From an uncultured Novosphingobium sp. (GTDB taxonomy: Bacteria; Pseudomonadota; Alphaproteobacteria; Sphingomonadales; Sphingomonadaceae), in the NCBI GenBank assembly GCA_965140495.1, contig OZ223239.1, positions 2,219,678-2,283,677 of the forward strand: a stretch of DNA of 64,000 nt, in the 5' to 3' direction. The stretch's first letter is position 1, and each line of letters begins with the position of its first letter. The notes under the pieces were generated by a model. The model was not told where the DNA came from and did no database searches. It saw nothing but the letters and a program-made list of their open reading frames with translations. Made by a program: the position numbers and the translations under genes. This document shows, piece by piece, positions 1 through 11,419 of this stretch.

Positions 1-1939
1 CTGAGAGCGCCTCGGCTTGATCTTCGGAGCTGACGATGATCGCCGCCCAGCGTCCGAACGGCGGAGCCCCGGCTTCGCGGCGCGATTCGGTTTCGGCAGC
101 ATAGAAGGCATCGCGGTCGCCATTGGCCAGTGCGGCGATCACGGCGGCTTCGGGATGGCGCGTCTGGATCAGCACTTCGCCCGGTTTCTCGCCGCGACCC
201 GCGCGTCCGGCGACCTGCGCGACCTGCTGGTACGTCCGTTCGGCCGCACGCAGGTCGCCGCCTTCGAGACCGAGGTCGGCATCGACCACGCCCACCAGCG
301 TCAGTTCGGGAAAGTGATAGCCCTTGGTGACAAGCTGGGTGCCGATGATCACATCGATGGCCCCGCCCTCGGCCTTGGCGACGAACTCGCCGATGGCTTC
401 CGGGTTGTTCATCGTGTCCGAGGTGACGAGCGCGGTGCGCGCCTCGGGCAGGATTTCGGCCACTTCATCGGCAATGCGTTCCACGCCCGGCCCGCAGGCG
501 ACGAGGCAGTCCGCCGTGCCGCATTCGGGGCAGGCATCGGGTACGGGCACTTCGTGGCCGCAATGGTGGCAGGCGAGGCGCTGCGAGAAGCGGTGCTCCA
601 CCAGCCACGCCGTGCAGTTGGGGCACTGGAAACGGTATCCGCAATGGCGGCACAGCGTCAGCGGCGCATAGCCTCGCCGGTTGAGGAACAGCAGCGACTG
701 CTCGCCGCGTGCCAGCCGGTCCTTCATTTCCTCGACTAGCCGGGGCGCCAGCCAGCGGCCGCGTTCGGGGACTTCCTCGCGCAAGTCGATGATCTCGATC
801 TCGGGCAGCATGGCCCCGCCGAAACGGTCGGGCAGTTCGATCTTGCGATAGACCCCGGCCTCGGCGAGTTGCATCGATTCGAGCGCGGGCGTCGCGCTGG
901 CGAGCACCACCGGGATCGCTTCGAACTTGGCGCGGATCACGGCGACGTCGCGGGCATTGTAGCGCACGCCGTCGTCCTGCTTGAACGAGACCTCATGCGC
1001 CTCGTCGACGACGATCAGGCCGAGGCTGGCGTAGGGCAGGAACAGCGCCGAGCGGGCCCCGACGACGACCTGCGCCTCGCCATGGACGATGGCGCGCCAG
1101 GCTCGTCGCCGCTCGCTGGACTTGACCGAGGAGTGCCACAGGATCGGCGCGACGCCGAAACGCTGCTCGAAGCGGCGCAGGAAGTTTTCGGTGAGCGCGA
1201 TCTCAGGCAGCAGGACCAGCACTTGCCGGCCCAGTCGCAGCGCTTCGGCCACGGCCTCGAAATAGCACTCGGTCTTGCCCGAGCCGGTGACGCCATCGAG
1301 CAGGAAGGGCGCGAAGGCATGGTCCTTGACCGCTGCAACGAACGTATCGGCGGCTTCCTTCTGCGCCTCGCTGAGCTTGGGCACGGCGAAATCGGGCCGG
1401 GCAGGGGGATAGGGGCGGTCGAGATCGACGGTCACCGGCTCCAGCAGCCCCGCACCGACCATCCCGCGCAGCACGCCTTCGGATACGCTCGCCAGTTCGG
1501 CCAGTTCGCGGATCGAGCCCTGTTCGCCTTGTAGCGCGTCAAGTGCGGCGGCGCGCTGCGGCGTCATGCGCTTGGGCTCCTCGCCGGTCAGACGGTATTC
1601 GGTGGTCGTGCCGCCCCCGCGCAGCGCCGCCGTGCTGCCGAGCGCCATGCGCGCGACCGAGGACAGCGGGGCGCAGTAATAGTCCGCCGTCCATTCGATC
1701 AGCCGCCGCAGTTGTGCCGGCAGCGGCGGTACGGGCAGCACTTCGAGCAGCGGCCGCAATTTGGAGGCGGGCACATCCTGCGCGCTCAGGCGTTCTGCCT
1801 CCCAGACAATGCCCAGAACCTGGCGTGGCCCCAGCGGGGCGACGACGACCGAACCGTATTCGACCGTCATTCCCTCCGCTACACGGTAGTCGAGAACGCC
1901 CAGTGCGGCATTGAAAACAAGGAGTCGGACGCGTTCCAT
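1..1939 (-). CDS. priA: primosomal replication protein N' (PriA helicase); C-terminal end runs off the window
   Basis: Absent from the ORF track because there is no stop in the window. My minus-strand translation from ATG at 1939 reads MERVRLLVFNAALGVLDYRV. It contains Walker A LLDGVTGSGKTE, DEAH-type IVVDEAHEV and the PriA Cys-rich zinc region CRHCGYRFQCPNCTAWLVEHRF..LACHHCGH..CPECG. Confidence 0.85.
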   Translation of the reverse strand, partial: MERVRLLVFNAALGVLDYRVAEGMTVEYGSVVVAPLGPRQVLGIVWEAERLSAQDVPASKLRPLLEVLPVPPLPAQLRRLIEWTADYYCAPLSSVARMALGSTAALRGGGTTTEYRLTGEEPKRMTPQRAAALDALQGEQGSIRELAELASVSEGVLRGMVGAGLLEPVTVDLDRPYPPARPDFAVPKLSEAQKEAADTFVAAVKDHAFAPFLLDGVTGSGKTECYFEAVAEALRLGRQVLVLLPEIALTENFLRRFEQRFGVAPILWHSSVKSSERRRAWRAIVHGEAQVVVGARSALFLPYASLGLIVVDEAHEVSFKQDDGVRYNARDVAVIRAKFEAIPVVLASATPALESMQLAEAGVYRKIELPDRFGGAMLPEIEIIDLREEVPERGRWLAPRLVEEMKDRLARGEQSLLFLNRRGYAPLTLCRHCGYRFQCPNCTAWLVEHRFSQRLACHHCGHEVPVPDACPECGTADCLVACGPGVERIADEVAEILPEARTALVTSDTMNNPEAIGEFVAKAEGGAIDVIIGTQLVTKGYHFPELTLVGVVDADLGLEGGDLRAAERTYQQVAQVAGRAGRGEKPGEVLIQTRHPEAAVIAALANGDRDAFYAAETESRREAGAPPFGRWAAIIVSSEDQAEALS

Positions 1940-1987
1940 CGGCCTTGCATATAGGCATCGGTCGCTCCGGAGGTGAAGGAGGTGTGC

Positions 1988-2677
1988 ATGCAAGACTGGG
2001 GATCGGGTGAATTTGCACTGGGGCGCCGCGCGCTTCTGGCCGGACTTTTCGCATCGGGGGCGCTGGCCGTGTCCGGCTGCGCGTCGATGGAGACGATGAG
2101 CTATGTCGAGATCGTGCAGCGGCTCCTGCGCCATTCCACCCAGCGCGCCTTCGCACGGCTGACCGAGCCGGACGGCTTCTGGGACAGCGCCGTTGCCCGG
2201 ATCGAATTGCCGGTCCTCTTCGGCAAGCCCGGCACGCTCGCCGGAGCGGTGCTGAAGTCGCCGGCTTTCCGCGAGAAGCTGCAGCACGAACTCAACACCC
2301 TCGCCGAAGACGGCGCGCGCCGGGCCGCGCCCGTCGTGGCCGAAGCGGTGCGTAACATTGCGATCACCGATGCACTGGCGCTGATCAAGGGCGGCAAGAC
2401 GGCGGCAACCACCTATCTGCGTCAGGCCATGGGCCCGGCGCTGGTCAATGCGATGATCCCCGAACTCGATCAAGCGATGCGCCTTGCCGAGAACCCGATC
2501 CTCAATCAGGCCATTTCAGCGCTGGCCGGCGTGAGCATCACCGATGCCGCCCATGCCCTCGCGCTCGATGCGGATAACGCCATCTGGTACGAGATCGGCG
2601 CCAGCGAAGCGGCGATCCGCGAGGATCCGGCCTCGACCAACGATGCGGTGCTTATTGCCGGGCTGAAGGGGCTTTAG
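1988..2677 (+). CDS. DUF4197-like exported lipoprotein (Tat signal plus lipobox)
   Basis: Track ORF 1973..2677. I prefer ATG 1988, preceded by GAAGGAGG. N-terminus has twin-arginine LGRRALLAG and lipobox VSGC. The body (ITDALALIKGGKTAATTYLR) resembles the DUF4197 family as I remember it. Confidence 0.7.
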   Translation: MQDWGSGEFALGRRALLAGLFASGALAVSGCASMETMSYVEIVQRLLRHSTQRAFARLTEPDGFWDSAVARIELPVLFGKPGTLAGAVLKSPAFREKLQHELNTLAEDGARRAAPVVAEAVRNIAITDALALIKGGKTAATTYLRQAMGPALVNAMIPELDQAMRLAENPILNQAISALAGVSITDAAHALALDADNAIWYEIGASEAAIREDPASTNDAVLIAGLKGL

Positions 2678-2724
2678 GTGGTTAGTGTGGATTTGATCGC
2701 TGATCGCCGTGCTCGCTGTTTGGG

Positions 2725-3081
2725 ATGCTTCCTATGACGCAACGCGTTCTCTATGCGCCGATCAGAAGAGTTGTCCTTTTGTGCCTTTTGAGCAGCGGAT
2801 GCATGACGCCGGAAATATATCCTTCAAGTGAGGATGTATATTGGGATCAACCCCAAACAGGTTGGTATTGGGTTGGTGAAAGCGTTGAACCTGCTGCGAT
2901 TGCTAAAGCGGCAAATGAATGTGTTGCAAAAGTGGACGGCAGTGTAGTGAATCACGGGGTTGTGCCACCTGGCTTCTCTGCGAACGTTTTTCACTTTGTC
3001 GGCGACAACAGTCAGGCTGCTCGCGACTGTACAGTGGAGCGTCTAAGCGCTGTACCTCAGCTAACAATATATTCGCGATGA
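2725..3081 (+). CDS. hypothetical lipoprotein in an AT-rich islet
   Basis: Track ORF of 118 aa. LLCLLSSGC is a lipobox. No family recognised. Composition is visibly AT-richer than the flanks (by eye, not computed). Confidence 0.5.
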   Translation: MLPMTQRVLYAPIRRVVLLCLLSSGCMTPEIYPSSEDVYWDQPQTGWYWVGESVEPAAIAKAANECVAKVDGSVVNHGVVPPGFSANVFHFVGDNSQAARDCTVERLSAVPQLTIYSR

Positions 3082-3206
3082 GCACGTACGCAGCCTGAAT
3101 GTCGCCTGCAGGCCTTTATTGAGTTCGCAATTTGCTCCCGCGACCTAGCCGCGCCGCGCGCGCTTCCCTATAGCGCGCCGGAGACTCGTCACTTCAGGAT
3201 CGCACC

Positions 3207-3857
3207 ATGAAATTCTTCGTCGACACCGCCGAAATCGCCGACATCAAGGAGCTTGCCGATACCGGTCTGCTCGATGGCGTCACCACCAACCCCTCGCTGA
3301 TCGCCAAGTCCGGCCGTGATTTCATGGAAGTCACCAAGGAAATCTGCGGCATCGTGCACGGCCCGGTCAGCGCCGAAGTCGTCGCGCTCGACCATGCCGG
3401 AATGATGCGTGAGGCCGAAGTCCTGCGCAAGATCGCCGATAACGTGTGCATCAAGGTGCCGCTGACGGTCGATGGCCTCAAGACCTGCAAGAAGCTCACC
3501 GGTGACGGCACGATGGTCAACGTGACCCTCTGCTTCTCGGCCAATCAGGCGCTGCTGGCCGCCAAGGCCGGCGCGACGTTCGTTTCTCCCTTCGTCGGCC
3601 GCCACGATGACAACGGCTTTAATGGCATGGATTTGATCGCCGACATCCGTCAGATCTACCACAACTATGCCTTCGAGACCGAGATACTCGTCGCCTCGAT
3701 CCGTCACGGCATGCACGTGCTGGAAGCGGCCAGGATCGGCGCCGATGTGATGACCGCGCCCCCCTCGGTCATCAAGGGCCTGTTCAAGCATGTCCTGACC
3801 GAAAAGGGCATCGAAGGCTTCCTTGCCGACTGGGCGAAGACCGGCCAGTCGATCTGA
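3207..3857 (+). CDS. tal: short-form transaldolase / fructose-6-phosphate aldolase family
   Basis: Track ORF of 216 aa. [24 protein letters not shown] and [10 protein letters not shown] match the TalC/Fsa-type family. Confidence 0.9.
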   Translation: MKFFVDTAEIADIKELADTGLLDGVTTNPSLIAKSGRDFMEVTKEICGIVHGPVSAEVVALDHAGMMREAEVLRKIADNVCIKVPLTVDGLKTCKKLTGDGTMVNVTLCFSANQALLAAKAGATFVSPFVGRHDDNGFNGMDLIADIRQIYHNYAFETEILVASIRHGMHVLEAARIGADVMTAPPSVIKGLFKHVLTEKGIEGFLADWAKTGQSI

Positions 3858-3872
3858 GATCGCGCCGACATC

Positions 3873-3945
3873 CTTCGACAGGCTCAGGATGAGCGGAAGC
3901 AGGGATCACGCCTTGCCAAAACCGCTCGGGCTGAGCTTGTCGAAG
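3873..3945. repeat. REP-like inverted pair (family 1, outer ends CTTCGAC/GTCGAAG)
   Basis: CTTCGACAGGCTCAGGATGAGCGG at 3873-3896 pairs with CCGCTCGGGCTGAGCTTGTCGAAG at 3922-3945, 20 of 24 positions complementary. The same 24-nt unit recurs at 31171-31247. Confidence 0.8.
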
Positions 3946-4006
3946 CCCTTTCGCGATTACCTGGGCATCGTCCATTTGAGCCGCCCACACTGATGCGCTA
4001 GGCAAT

Positions 4007-5833
4007 TTGGCAATGCCAGACGAATCCCCCTCAGACCGCTTCAAGTCCGTTCTCGCCGGCGCCAGCCGGGCCATCGCGCACGAGAAGGAGATCGAGGTCA
4101 ACTGGACGGCCGATGCGCCCAGCGCCAGCGGCGGCACGTTCCGCCTGCCGATGCCGGGGCGCAGTCTCCCGCGCGGGGCGGCGATGCAGGCGCGTGGCTA
4201 TGCCGACAGCTTCGCGCTGAAAGTGCGGCATCACAACGACAAGCTGCACATGCGCAAGGCGCCGTCCGAACCCTCCGCGCGCGCCTGTTACGATGCGGTC
4301 GAGGCGGTTCGCTACGAGGCGCTGGGGGCCAATGCCTATCCGGGCATGCGCGAGAACCTCGACGCATCGCTGATGGCACGCATGGCTTCCGATCCGATCA
4401 TGCGGGCGGAAACCCCCGATCAGGTTCCGGTGCAATCCGCATTGGCGCTGATGCTGCGCGAGAAACTGACCGGTCAGCCGATTCCCGAGGCCGCGCAGGC
4501 GGGTGTCGACATGGTCCGTTCGTGGATCGAGGAAAAGGCGGGCGGCGACTTCGATGCGCTGGCCCAGTCGATCCAGGATCAGGACGCGTTCCAGACGCTC
4601 TCGCTGGACATGCTCCAGCACCTTGAACTGACGCGCCCCGAAGACATCGAGCAGCCGCCCGAGGAGCCCGACGATCAGGACGGCGACGAGGAGACCGAGG
4701 AAGAGCAGGACGGCGACGACGCCGGGCAGGAACAGCAGCCCTCCGAAATGTCGGCCGAGCCTTCGCAGGGTGAGGACGAGGGCGAAAGCGAGAGCGAAGG
4801 CGAAGCCTCCGACGAGATGGAGGAGGGCCAGGAAGGCGACGAGGGCGAAGAGGGCATGATGCCTGTCCGCCCGAACCGGCCCTGGACCGACATTCCCGAC
4901 GGATTCGACTACAAGGTCTTCACTGAGGCTTTCGATGAAGTCACCGCCGCTGCCGAGCTGTGCGACGACGAGGAACTGACGCGGCTTCGCGCCTATCTCG
5001 ATGCGCAGCTCAAGGGCCTGCAGGGCGTCGTGACCCGGCTCGCCAATCGCCTCCAGCGTCGGCTTATGGCGCAGCAAAGCCGTTCGTGGGATTTCGATCA
5101 GGAAGAGGGGCTGCTCGATGCCGCGCGTCTGGCGCGCGTTGTCGTCTCGCCCGGCCAGTCGCTGTCCTACAAGGTGGAGCGCGACGTCGAGTTCAAGGAC
5201 ACGGTCGTCACCCTGCTGCTCGACAATTCGGGCTCTATGCGCGGGCGGCCGATCTCGATTGCCGCGATCAGTGCCGATGTGCTCGCGCGCACGCTCGAAC
5301 GGTGCGGCGTGAAGGTCGAGATTCTCGGCTTCACCACCCGCAACTGGAAGGGCGGCCTCAGCCGCGATGCGTGGTTGACAGCTGGCAAGCCCGCGCATCC
5401 GGGGCGTCTCAACGACTTGCGCCACATCGTCTACAAGCAGGCCGACGAGCCTTGGCGCCGCGCGCGCAAGAACCTCGGGCTGATGATGCGCGAGGGGCTG
5501 CTCAAGGAAAACATCGACGGTGAGGCGCTGCTCTGGGCGCACCAGCGCCTGCTCGCGCGCCCGGAGGACCGCCGTATCCTGATGGTGATCTCGGACGGTG
5601 CGCCTGTCGACGATTCGACCCTGTCGGTGAACTCGGCGGGCTACCTCGAGGCGCACTTGCGCAAGGTGATCGAATGGATCGAGGCGAAGAGCCCGGTGCA
5701 GCTGGTCGCCATCGGCATCGGCCATGACGTGACGCGCTATTATCGTCGCGCCGTGACGATCATGGATGCCGAGCAGCTTGGCGGCACGATGATCGAGCAG
5801 CTGGCCGGTCTGTTTGAGGAAGAGCAGAAGTGA
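4007..5833 (+). CDS. cobT: cobaltochelatase CobT-type subunit (acidic linker plus vWA domain)
   Basis: Track ORF of 608 aa. A long D/E/G-rich block is followed by the vWA MIDAS-type motif [12 protein letters not shown]-terminal region is as in aerobic CobT. Confidence 0.8.
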   Translation: MAMPDESPSDRFKSVLAGASRAIAHEKEIEVNWTADAPSASGGTFRLPMPGRSLPRGAAMQARGYADSFALKVRHHNDKLHMRKAPSEPSARACYDAVEAVRYEALGANAYPGMRENLDASLMARMASDPIMRAETPDQVPVQSALALMLREKLTGQPIPEAAQAGVDMVRSWIEEKAGGDFDALAQSIQDQDAFQTLSLDMLQHLELTRPEDIEQPPEEPDDQDGDEETEEEQDGDDAGQEQQPSEMSAEPSQGEDEGESESEGEASDEMEEGQEGDEGEEGMMPVRPNRPWTDIPDGFDYKVFTEAFDEVTAAAELCDDEELTRLRAYLDAQLKGLQGVVTRLANRLQRRLMAQQSRSWDFDQEEGLLDAARLARVVVSPGQSLSYKVERDVEFKDTVVTLLLDNSGSMRGRPISIAAISADVLARTLERCGVKVEILGFTTRNWKGGLSRDAWLTAGKPAHPGRLNDLRHIVYKQADEPWRRARKNLGLMMREGLLKENIDGEALLWAHQRLLARPEDRRILMVISDGAPVDDSTLSVNSAGYLEAHLRKVIEWIEAKSPVQLVAIGIGHDVTRYYRRAVTIMDAEQLGGTMIEQLAGLFEEEQK

Positions 5834-6495
5834 ATGTCACCGAAGCGGTCCTGAACCGCCGTTCCATCCGCGCGTTCAAGGACGAGCCGGTCGATCCCGC
5901 TGTGCTGCGCCGCGTTTTCGAAGCCGCGCAGATGAGCCCCTCGGGCTGCAACTTCCAGCCGTGGGAAGGCGTGGTCCTGACCGGTGAGCCGGTGCGCGAG
6001 CTGTCGAGCCGCATCAAGGGCGCGGCGCCGCAGGACCCGCAGGAATACCAGCTTATCCCCAAGGATATTCCCGCGCGCTACACGCAGCGGCTGCAGGAAA
6101 TCACCGCGGCGCGGTTCGACGCCATCGGTCTCGCCCGCGACGATGCCGAGGGCCGTGGCCGCGTGCAGGCGCGCAACTTCGAGTTCTTCGGCGCGCCGGC
6201 GCTCCTGCTGTGCTTCGTGCCGCGCATCATGGGGCCACCGCAGTGGTCTGACGTCGGCATGTGGCTGCAGACGGTCATGCTCCTGCTCGAGGACGAAGGG
6301 CTGGGCAGCTGCCCGCAGGAATCGCTCTACGTCCATGGCCGGCTGATCAAGGACTTTGTTGGCGTCAGCGACGAGACGCATCTGTTCTTCTGCGGCATGG
6401 CCATCGGCCATCCCGACATGGACGATCCGATGAACCAGTTCGAGCGGACACGCGCGCCGCTGGACGAGGTGGTTCGCTTCGTCGGAGATACGTGA
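5830..6495 (+). CDS. nitroreductase family protein
   Basis: Track ORF of 221 aa. GTG start overlaps the cobT stop (GTGA). N-terminal LNRRSIRAF and overall layout are typical of the nitroreductase fold. It does not look like BluB. Confidence 0.8.
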   Translation: MNVTEAVLNRRSIRAFKDEPVDPAVLRRVFEAAQMSPSGCNFQPWEGVVLTGEPVRELSSRIKGAAPQDPQEYQLIPKDIPARYTQRLQEITAARFDAIGLARDDAEGRGRVQARNFEFFGAPALLLCFVPRIMGPPQWSDVGMWLQTVMLLLEDEGLGSCPQESLYVHGRLIKDFVGVSDETHLFFCGMAIGHPDMDDPMNQFERTRAPLDEVVRFVGDT

Positions 6496-7397
6496 CGCAC
6501 GGCTTGCTCTGGGTGCCGTTCACGCTGACGGCCGCCTTCGCGCAGGTTCTGCGCAATGCCGTGCAATCGCGCCTTACGGCCCGCATCGGCACGGTCGGCG
6601 GCACGCAGGTCCGCTTCGTTTACGGATTGCCGTTCGCCGCGATCCTGCTCGCGATCTATCTCGCTTTCGTTCCAAGTTCGATTCCGTCGATCCCGGCCGA
6701 GGCACTGGCCTGGTCGTTTGCAGGTTCCGTCACGCAGATCGTTGCCACGGCGCTGATGCTGGTGGTCATGGCCAAGCGCGATTTCGGCGTGGCCTATGCC
6801 TACATCAAGACCGAGCCGGTGACGGTGGCGGTGCTCGGTTTCGTGCTGATCGGGGATCGGCTGTCGTGGCTCGGCTGGGTGGCGGTGCTGATCGTGACCG
6901 TCGGTGTGGTCATGGCCTCGCTGCGCATGGGCGACAGTGCGGCCAAGCTCAGGGAATGGAAACCGCTGGTCGTCGGCGTTGCCAGCGGGGCGCTGTTCGG
7001 CCTGACCGCGATCTGCTTTCGCGCGTCGATCGATTTGGTGCCGCAAGGTGGCTTCATGCTTCGCAGCCTGACCATGCTGGTGGTCTCGCTGGCGATCCAG
7101 TCGGCGACGCTGGCGGTTTGGTTCGTGCTGAAGGACGCCTCCGGTTTCTTCGGCTCGGTGCGCGAATGGCGGTTGAGCGTGCTGGCGGGCGCGCTTGGCG
7201 CGCTGGCTTCGGCGGGATGGTTCATTTCCTTCTCGCTCACGCTGGCTGCCAACGTGCGCACGCTGGCACTGATCGAGATGCCGGTCGTCGCGGTGATGTC
7301 GCGGTACGTCTCCGGCCGCTGGCTGACGGCCCGCGAATGGTTCGGATTCGTGCTGATAACGCTCGGCGTCGCGGTCCTGATGGTCTCGCACGCTTGA
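6492..7397 (+). CDS. DMT superfamily (EamA-like) transporter
   Basis: Track ORF 6261..7397 trimmed to GTG 6492, which overlaps the upstream stop. About ten hydrophobic helices in two EamA-like halves. Confidence 0.7.
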   Translation: MTHGLLWVPFTLTAAFAQVLRNAVQSRLTARIGTVGGTQVRFVYGLPFAAILLAIYLAFVPSSIPSIPAEALAWSFAGSVTQIVATALMLVVMAKRDFGVAYAYIKTEPVTVAVLGFVLIGDRLSWLGWVAVLIVTVGVVMASLRMGDSAAKLREWKPLVVGVASGALFGLTAICFRASIDLVPQGGFMLRSLTMLVVSLAIQSATLAVWFVLKDASGFFGSVREWRLSVLAGALGALASAGWFISFSLTLAANVRTLALIEMPVVAVMSRYVSGRWLTAREWFGFVLITLGVAVLMVSHA

Positions 7398-7424
7398 CTG
7401 GGACGGCGCGCCGCCTAATGCCCC

Positions 7425-8882
7425 GTGCCCATGACCGACGCGCAATCCCTCACGCTCTTCAACAGCCTCACTCGCCAGCTCGAGCCGTTCCAGCCCGTCC
7501 ATGAGGGCGAGGCGCGCGTCTATACCTGCGGGCCGACGGTCTACAACTACCCGCACATCGGCAACATGCGCGCCTATGTCTTTGCAGACGTTCTGGGCCG
7601 CACGCTGAGCTACAAGGGCTACAAGCTCACCCACGTCATCAACATCACCGACGTCGGCCACCTCACCGACGATGCCGACGCCGGCGAGGACAAGATGGAG
7701 AAGATGGCGGCCGAGCGCGCGCAGTCCATCTGGGACATCGCCAGGCACTATACCGAGGCGTACTGGGCCGACATCAAGGCGCTCAACATTCGCGAGCCGG
7801 CCAAGTGGTCGATTGCAACGGACTACGTGCCGCAGATGATCGACTTCGCGAAGTCGATTGCCGACAAGCACTGCTACGAGCTCGACAGCGGCCTCTATTT
7901 CGATGTCTCGACGGTGGCCGACTATGGCCGCCTGGCGCGTGCGGTGACCGAGGAAGGCGAAGGCCGGATCGAAACGGTGAAGGGCAAGCGCAACGCCGCC
8001 GACTTCGCGATCTGGCGCAAGACCCCGGCGGGCGAGAAGCGGCAGATGGAATGGGATTCGCCGTGGGGCAAGGGCGCGCCGGGCTGGCATCTCGAATGCT
8101 CGGTGATGTCGGGCGACCTGCTGGGCTTTCCCTTCGATATCCACACCGGCGGCATCGACCACCGCGAAATCCATCACCCCAACGAGATCGCCCAGAACCA
8201 GGCATTCTGCTGCACCAACGGGCTCGATTTGCCGGCCAACTCCGGCGCGCGCGTGTGGATGCACAACAACTTCCTCGTCGAGCGTTCGGGCAAGATGAGC
8301 AAGTCGTCGGGTGAGTTCCTGCGGCTGCAGCTACTGATCGACAAGGGCTACCACCCGCTCGCCTACCGCATGATGTGCCTGCAGGCGCACTACCGCAGCG
8401 AACTGGAGTTCAGCTGGGAAGGGCTGGGGGCTGCGCTGACACGCCTCAAGCGCATGCTCATGGCGGCAGAACGTCTGGCTGATGTGGAGGCCGGCGAAGC
8501 GCGCCATCAGAAGTTGGCGCCGATGCTCGATGCCTTCGACAAGGCGATGAGCGAGGATCTCAACACGCCTGTCGCGCTCACTGCGCTGGAAGACGTCTTG
8601 TCCGCCAAGAAGGTCGATCCCACCGCGAAGCGGGCCGCTGTCGAGTTGATGGACGGTGTGCTGGGGCTGCGTCTGTTCGATATGGCGCGCGCCGATCTGC
8701 GCATCAGGCCAAAGGCCGCCGAGATCGACGAGGCAGAGATCGAGGGCGTGTTGGCCCGCCGCCAGCAGGCCCGCGTGGACAAGGATTTCGCGACGTCCGA
8801 CGCGCTCCGCGATGAGTTGGCGGAACGCGGAGTCGAGGTGATGGACGGCGATCCGCTCGGCTGGGAATGGAAGCTGGGCTGA
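7425..8882 (+). CDS. cysS: cysteine--tRNA ligase
   Basis: Track ORF of 485 aa. Class I motifs YPHIGNMR (HIGH) and GKMSKSSG (KMSKS). Confidence 0.95.
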   Translation: MPMTDAQSLTLFNSLTRQLEPFQPVHEGEARVYTCGPTVYNYPHIGNMRAYVFADVLGRTLSYKGYKLTHVINITDVGHLTDDADAGEDKMEKMAAERAQSIWDIARHYTEAYWADIKALNIREPAKWSIATDYVPQMIDFAKSIADKHCYELDSGLYFDVSTVADYGRLARAVTEEGEGRIETVKGKRNAADFAIWRKTPAGEKRQMEWDSPWGKGAPGWHLECSVMSGDLLGFPFDIHTGGIDHREIHHPNEIAQNQAFCCTNGLDLPANSGARVWMHNNFLVERSGKMSKSSGEFLRLQLLIDKGYHPLAYRMMCLQAHYRSELEFSWEGLGAALTRLKRMLMAAERLADVEAGEARHQKLAPMLDAFDKAMSEDLNTPVALTALEDVLSAKKVDPTAKRAAVELMDGVLGLRLFDMARADLRIRPKAAEIDEAEIEGVLARRQQARVDKDFATSDALRDELAERGVEVMDGDPLGWEWKLG

Positions 8883-8908
8883 CCGGGGCGCGCCCACGAC
8901 CGCCCGGG
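8883..8908 (+). terminator. possible stem-loop after cysS
   Basis: CCGGGGCG at 8883-8890 pairs with CGCCCGGG at 8901-8908, 7 of 8 pairs, followed by a T-containing tract. Weak. Confidence 0.3.
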
Positions 8909-9017
8909 CGTTGATGTTCTTGCTAACTGGTAATTCCATCAGGACGATTTCCCGACCGAGGCGTGTATTTCGCTTCGGGAATGGCCGGGATGTCTGTTAC
9001 CCGGACAAGGACCGGTA

Positions 9018-10706
<1,689 letters not shown>

Positions 10707-10722
10707 CCGGCGCACGCTATCC

Positions 10723-10768
10723 CTTTGGGCGAAGCGATCGAGATTGCTCCGGATCGCTTCGCCCAAAG
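10723..10768. terminator. bidirectional hairpin between convergent genes
   Basis: Perfect 17-bp arms: CTTTGGGCGAAGCGATC at 10723-10739 and GATCGCTTCGCCCAAAG at 10752-10768. Confidence 0.75.
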
Positions 10769-10774
10769 ATAATC

Positions 10775-11131
10775 CTAGCCGTCGCTGAGCAGCAGGAATT
10801 CCGCTTCCACCAGCAGGTGCGGGGAGGGGGCATGATCCCGTTCAACGCGCGCAATCGTGGCATCGGCGACGAGATGGCCCGGAACATCGAATTCGTGGTC
10901 GGGCAGGGCCGTCATGAAGGCTTCGCCCGGTAGTGAACCCTCGGGACCATGAAAAGCCAGCACGACCGCGTGGCGCGTGCCCTCGAAGGTAGCGCTTGTC
11001 CAGGGACGCTCGGCATGGCTGAGAAACTCTCCCTGCGGTCCTGCGAGTTCGACGACCTGTGACAGCAGCCGCAGCCAGGGGCCGCGCGTGGCCGCACAGG
11101 AAGGCGCGGAACGTGCAATGTCACTGCGCAT
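10775..11131 (-). CDS. hypothetical protein (118 aa), second gene of the small operon facing the S24 repressor
   Basis: Track ORF. Host-like GC-rich third codon positions. Overlaps the upstream 66-aa ORF by 11 bp. No family recognised. Confidence 0.5.
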   Translation of the reverse strand: MRSDIARSAPSCAATRGPWLRLLSQVVELAGPQGEFLSHAERPWTSATFEGTRHAVVLAFHGPEGSLPGEAFMTALPDHEFDVPGHLVADATIARVERDHAPSPHLLVEAEFLLLSDG

Positions 11132-11321
11132 GACGACCCTCCTGCGTACTGGCGAGATAGCCCTTCATGAATGTCTCGACGCGTGTGGCCGTGCGTTCGC
11201 GGGGGATGCGGCCATTGCGCAGGTCGAGAACGAAGCGCGGATCCTGTGCCGCAAGGCGTCCGAATTTCGTGCAGGGCATGTTGGTCTGGCGCAGGAAACG
11301 CTCGATCCGGGGCAGAAGCAT
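11121..11321 (-). CDS. small hypothetical protein (66 aa) in Cro-like position
   Basis: Track ORF, divergent from the S24 repressor gene across a 98-bp AT-rich spacer. Basic protein. No motif securely recognised. Confidence 0.45.
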   Translation of the reverse strand: MLLPRIERFLRQTNMPCTKFGRLAAQDPRFVLDLRNGRIPRERTATRVETFMKGYLASTQEGRHAQ

Positions 11322-11419
11322 CTGGACAGGTCCTTCCGTTTAGATGTGCTTATGTTCTCTAAATGTTCCAAGCGAAATCCTACTTGTCTAGGAAATTTCT
11401 TTCGCCTAACGATTACAAG
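11322..11419. promoter_or_regulatory. AT-rich divergent control region of the repressor / small-ORF pair
   Basis: Markedly AT-rich 98 bp between divergent starts. Contains the direct repeat ATGTTC-N5-ATGTTC and the inverted repeat TCCTA-N6-TAGGA. Confidence 0.4.

Noticed and set aside
17-1534. Plus-strand ORFs 17..739 and 869..1534
   Set aside because: They are antisense to priA, which is missing from the track only because it has no stop inside the window.
6327-8264. 645-aa minus-strand ORF
   Set aside because: It is antisense to the DMT transporter and cysS genes. The R/H/D/G-rich composition is typical of open antisense frames in high-GC DNA.
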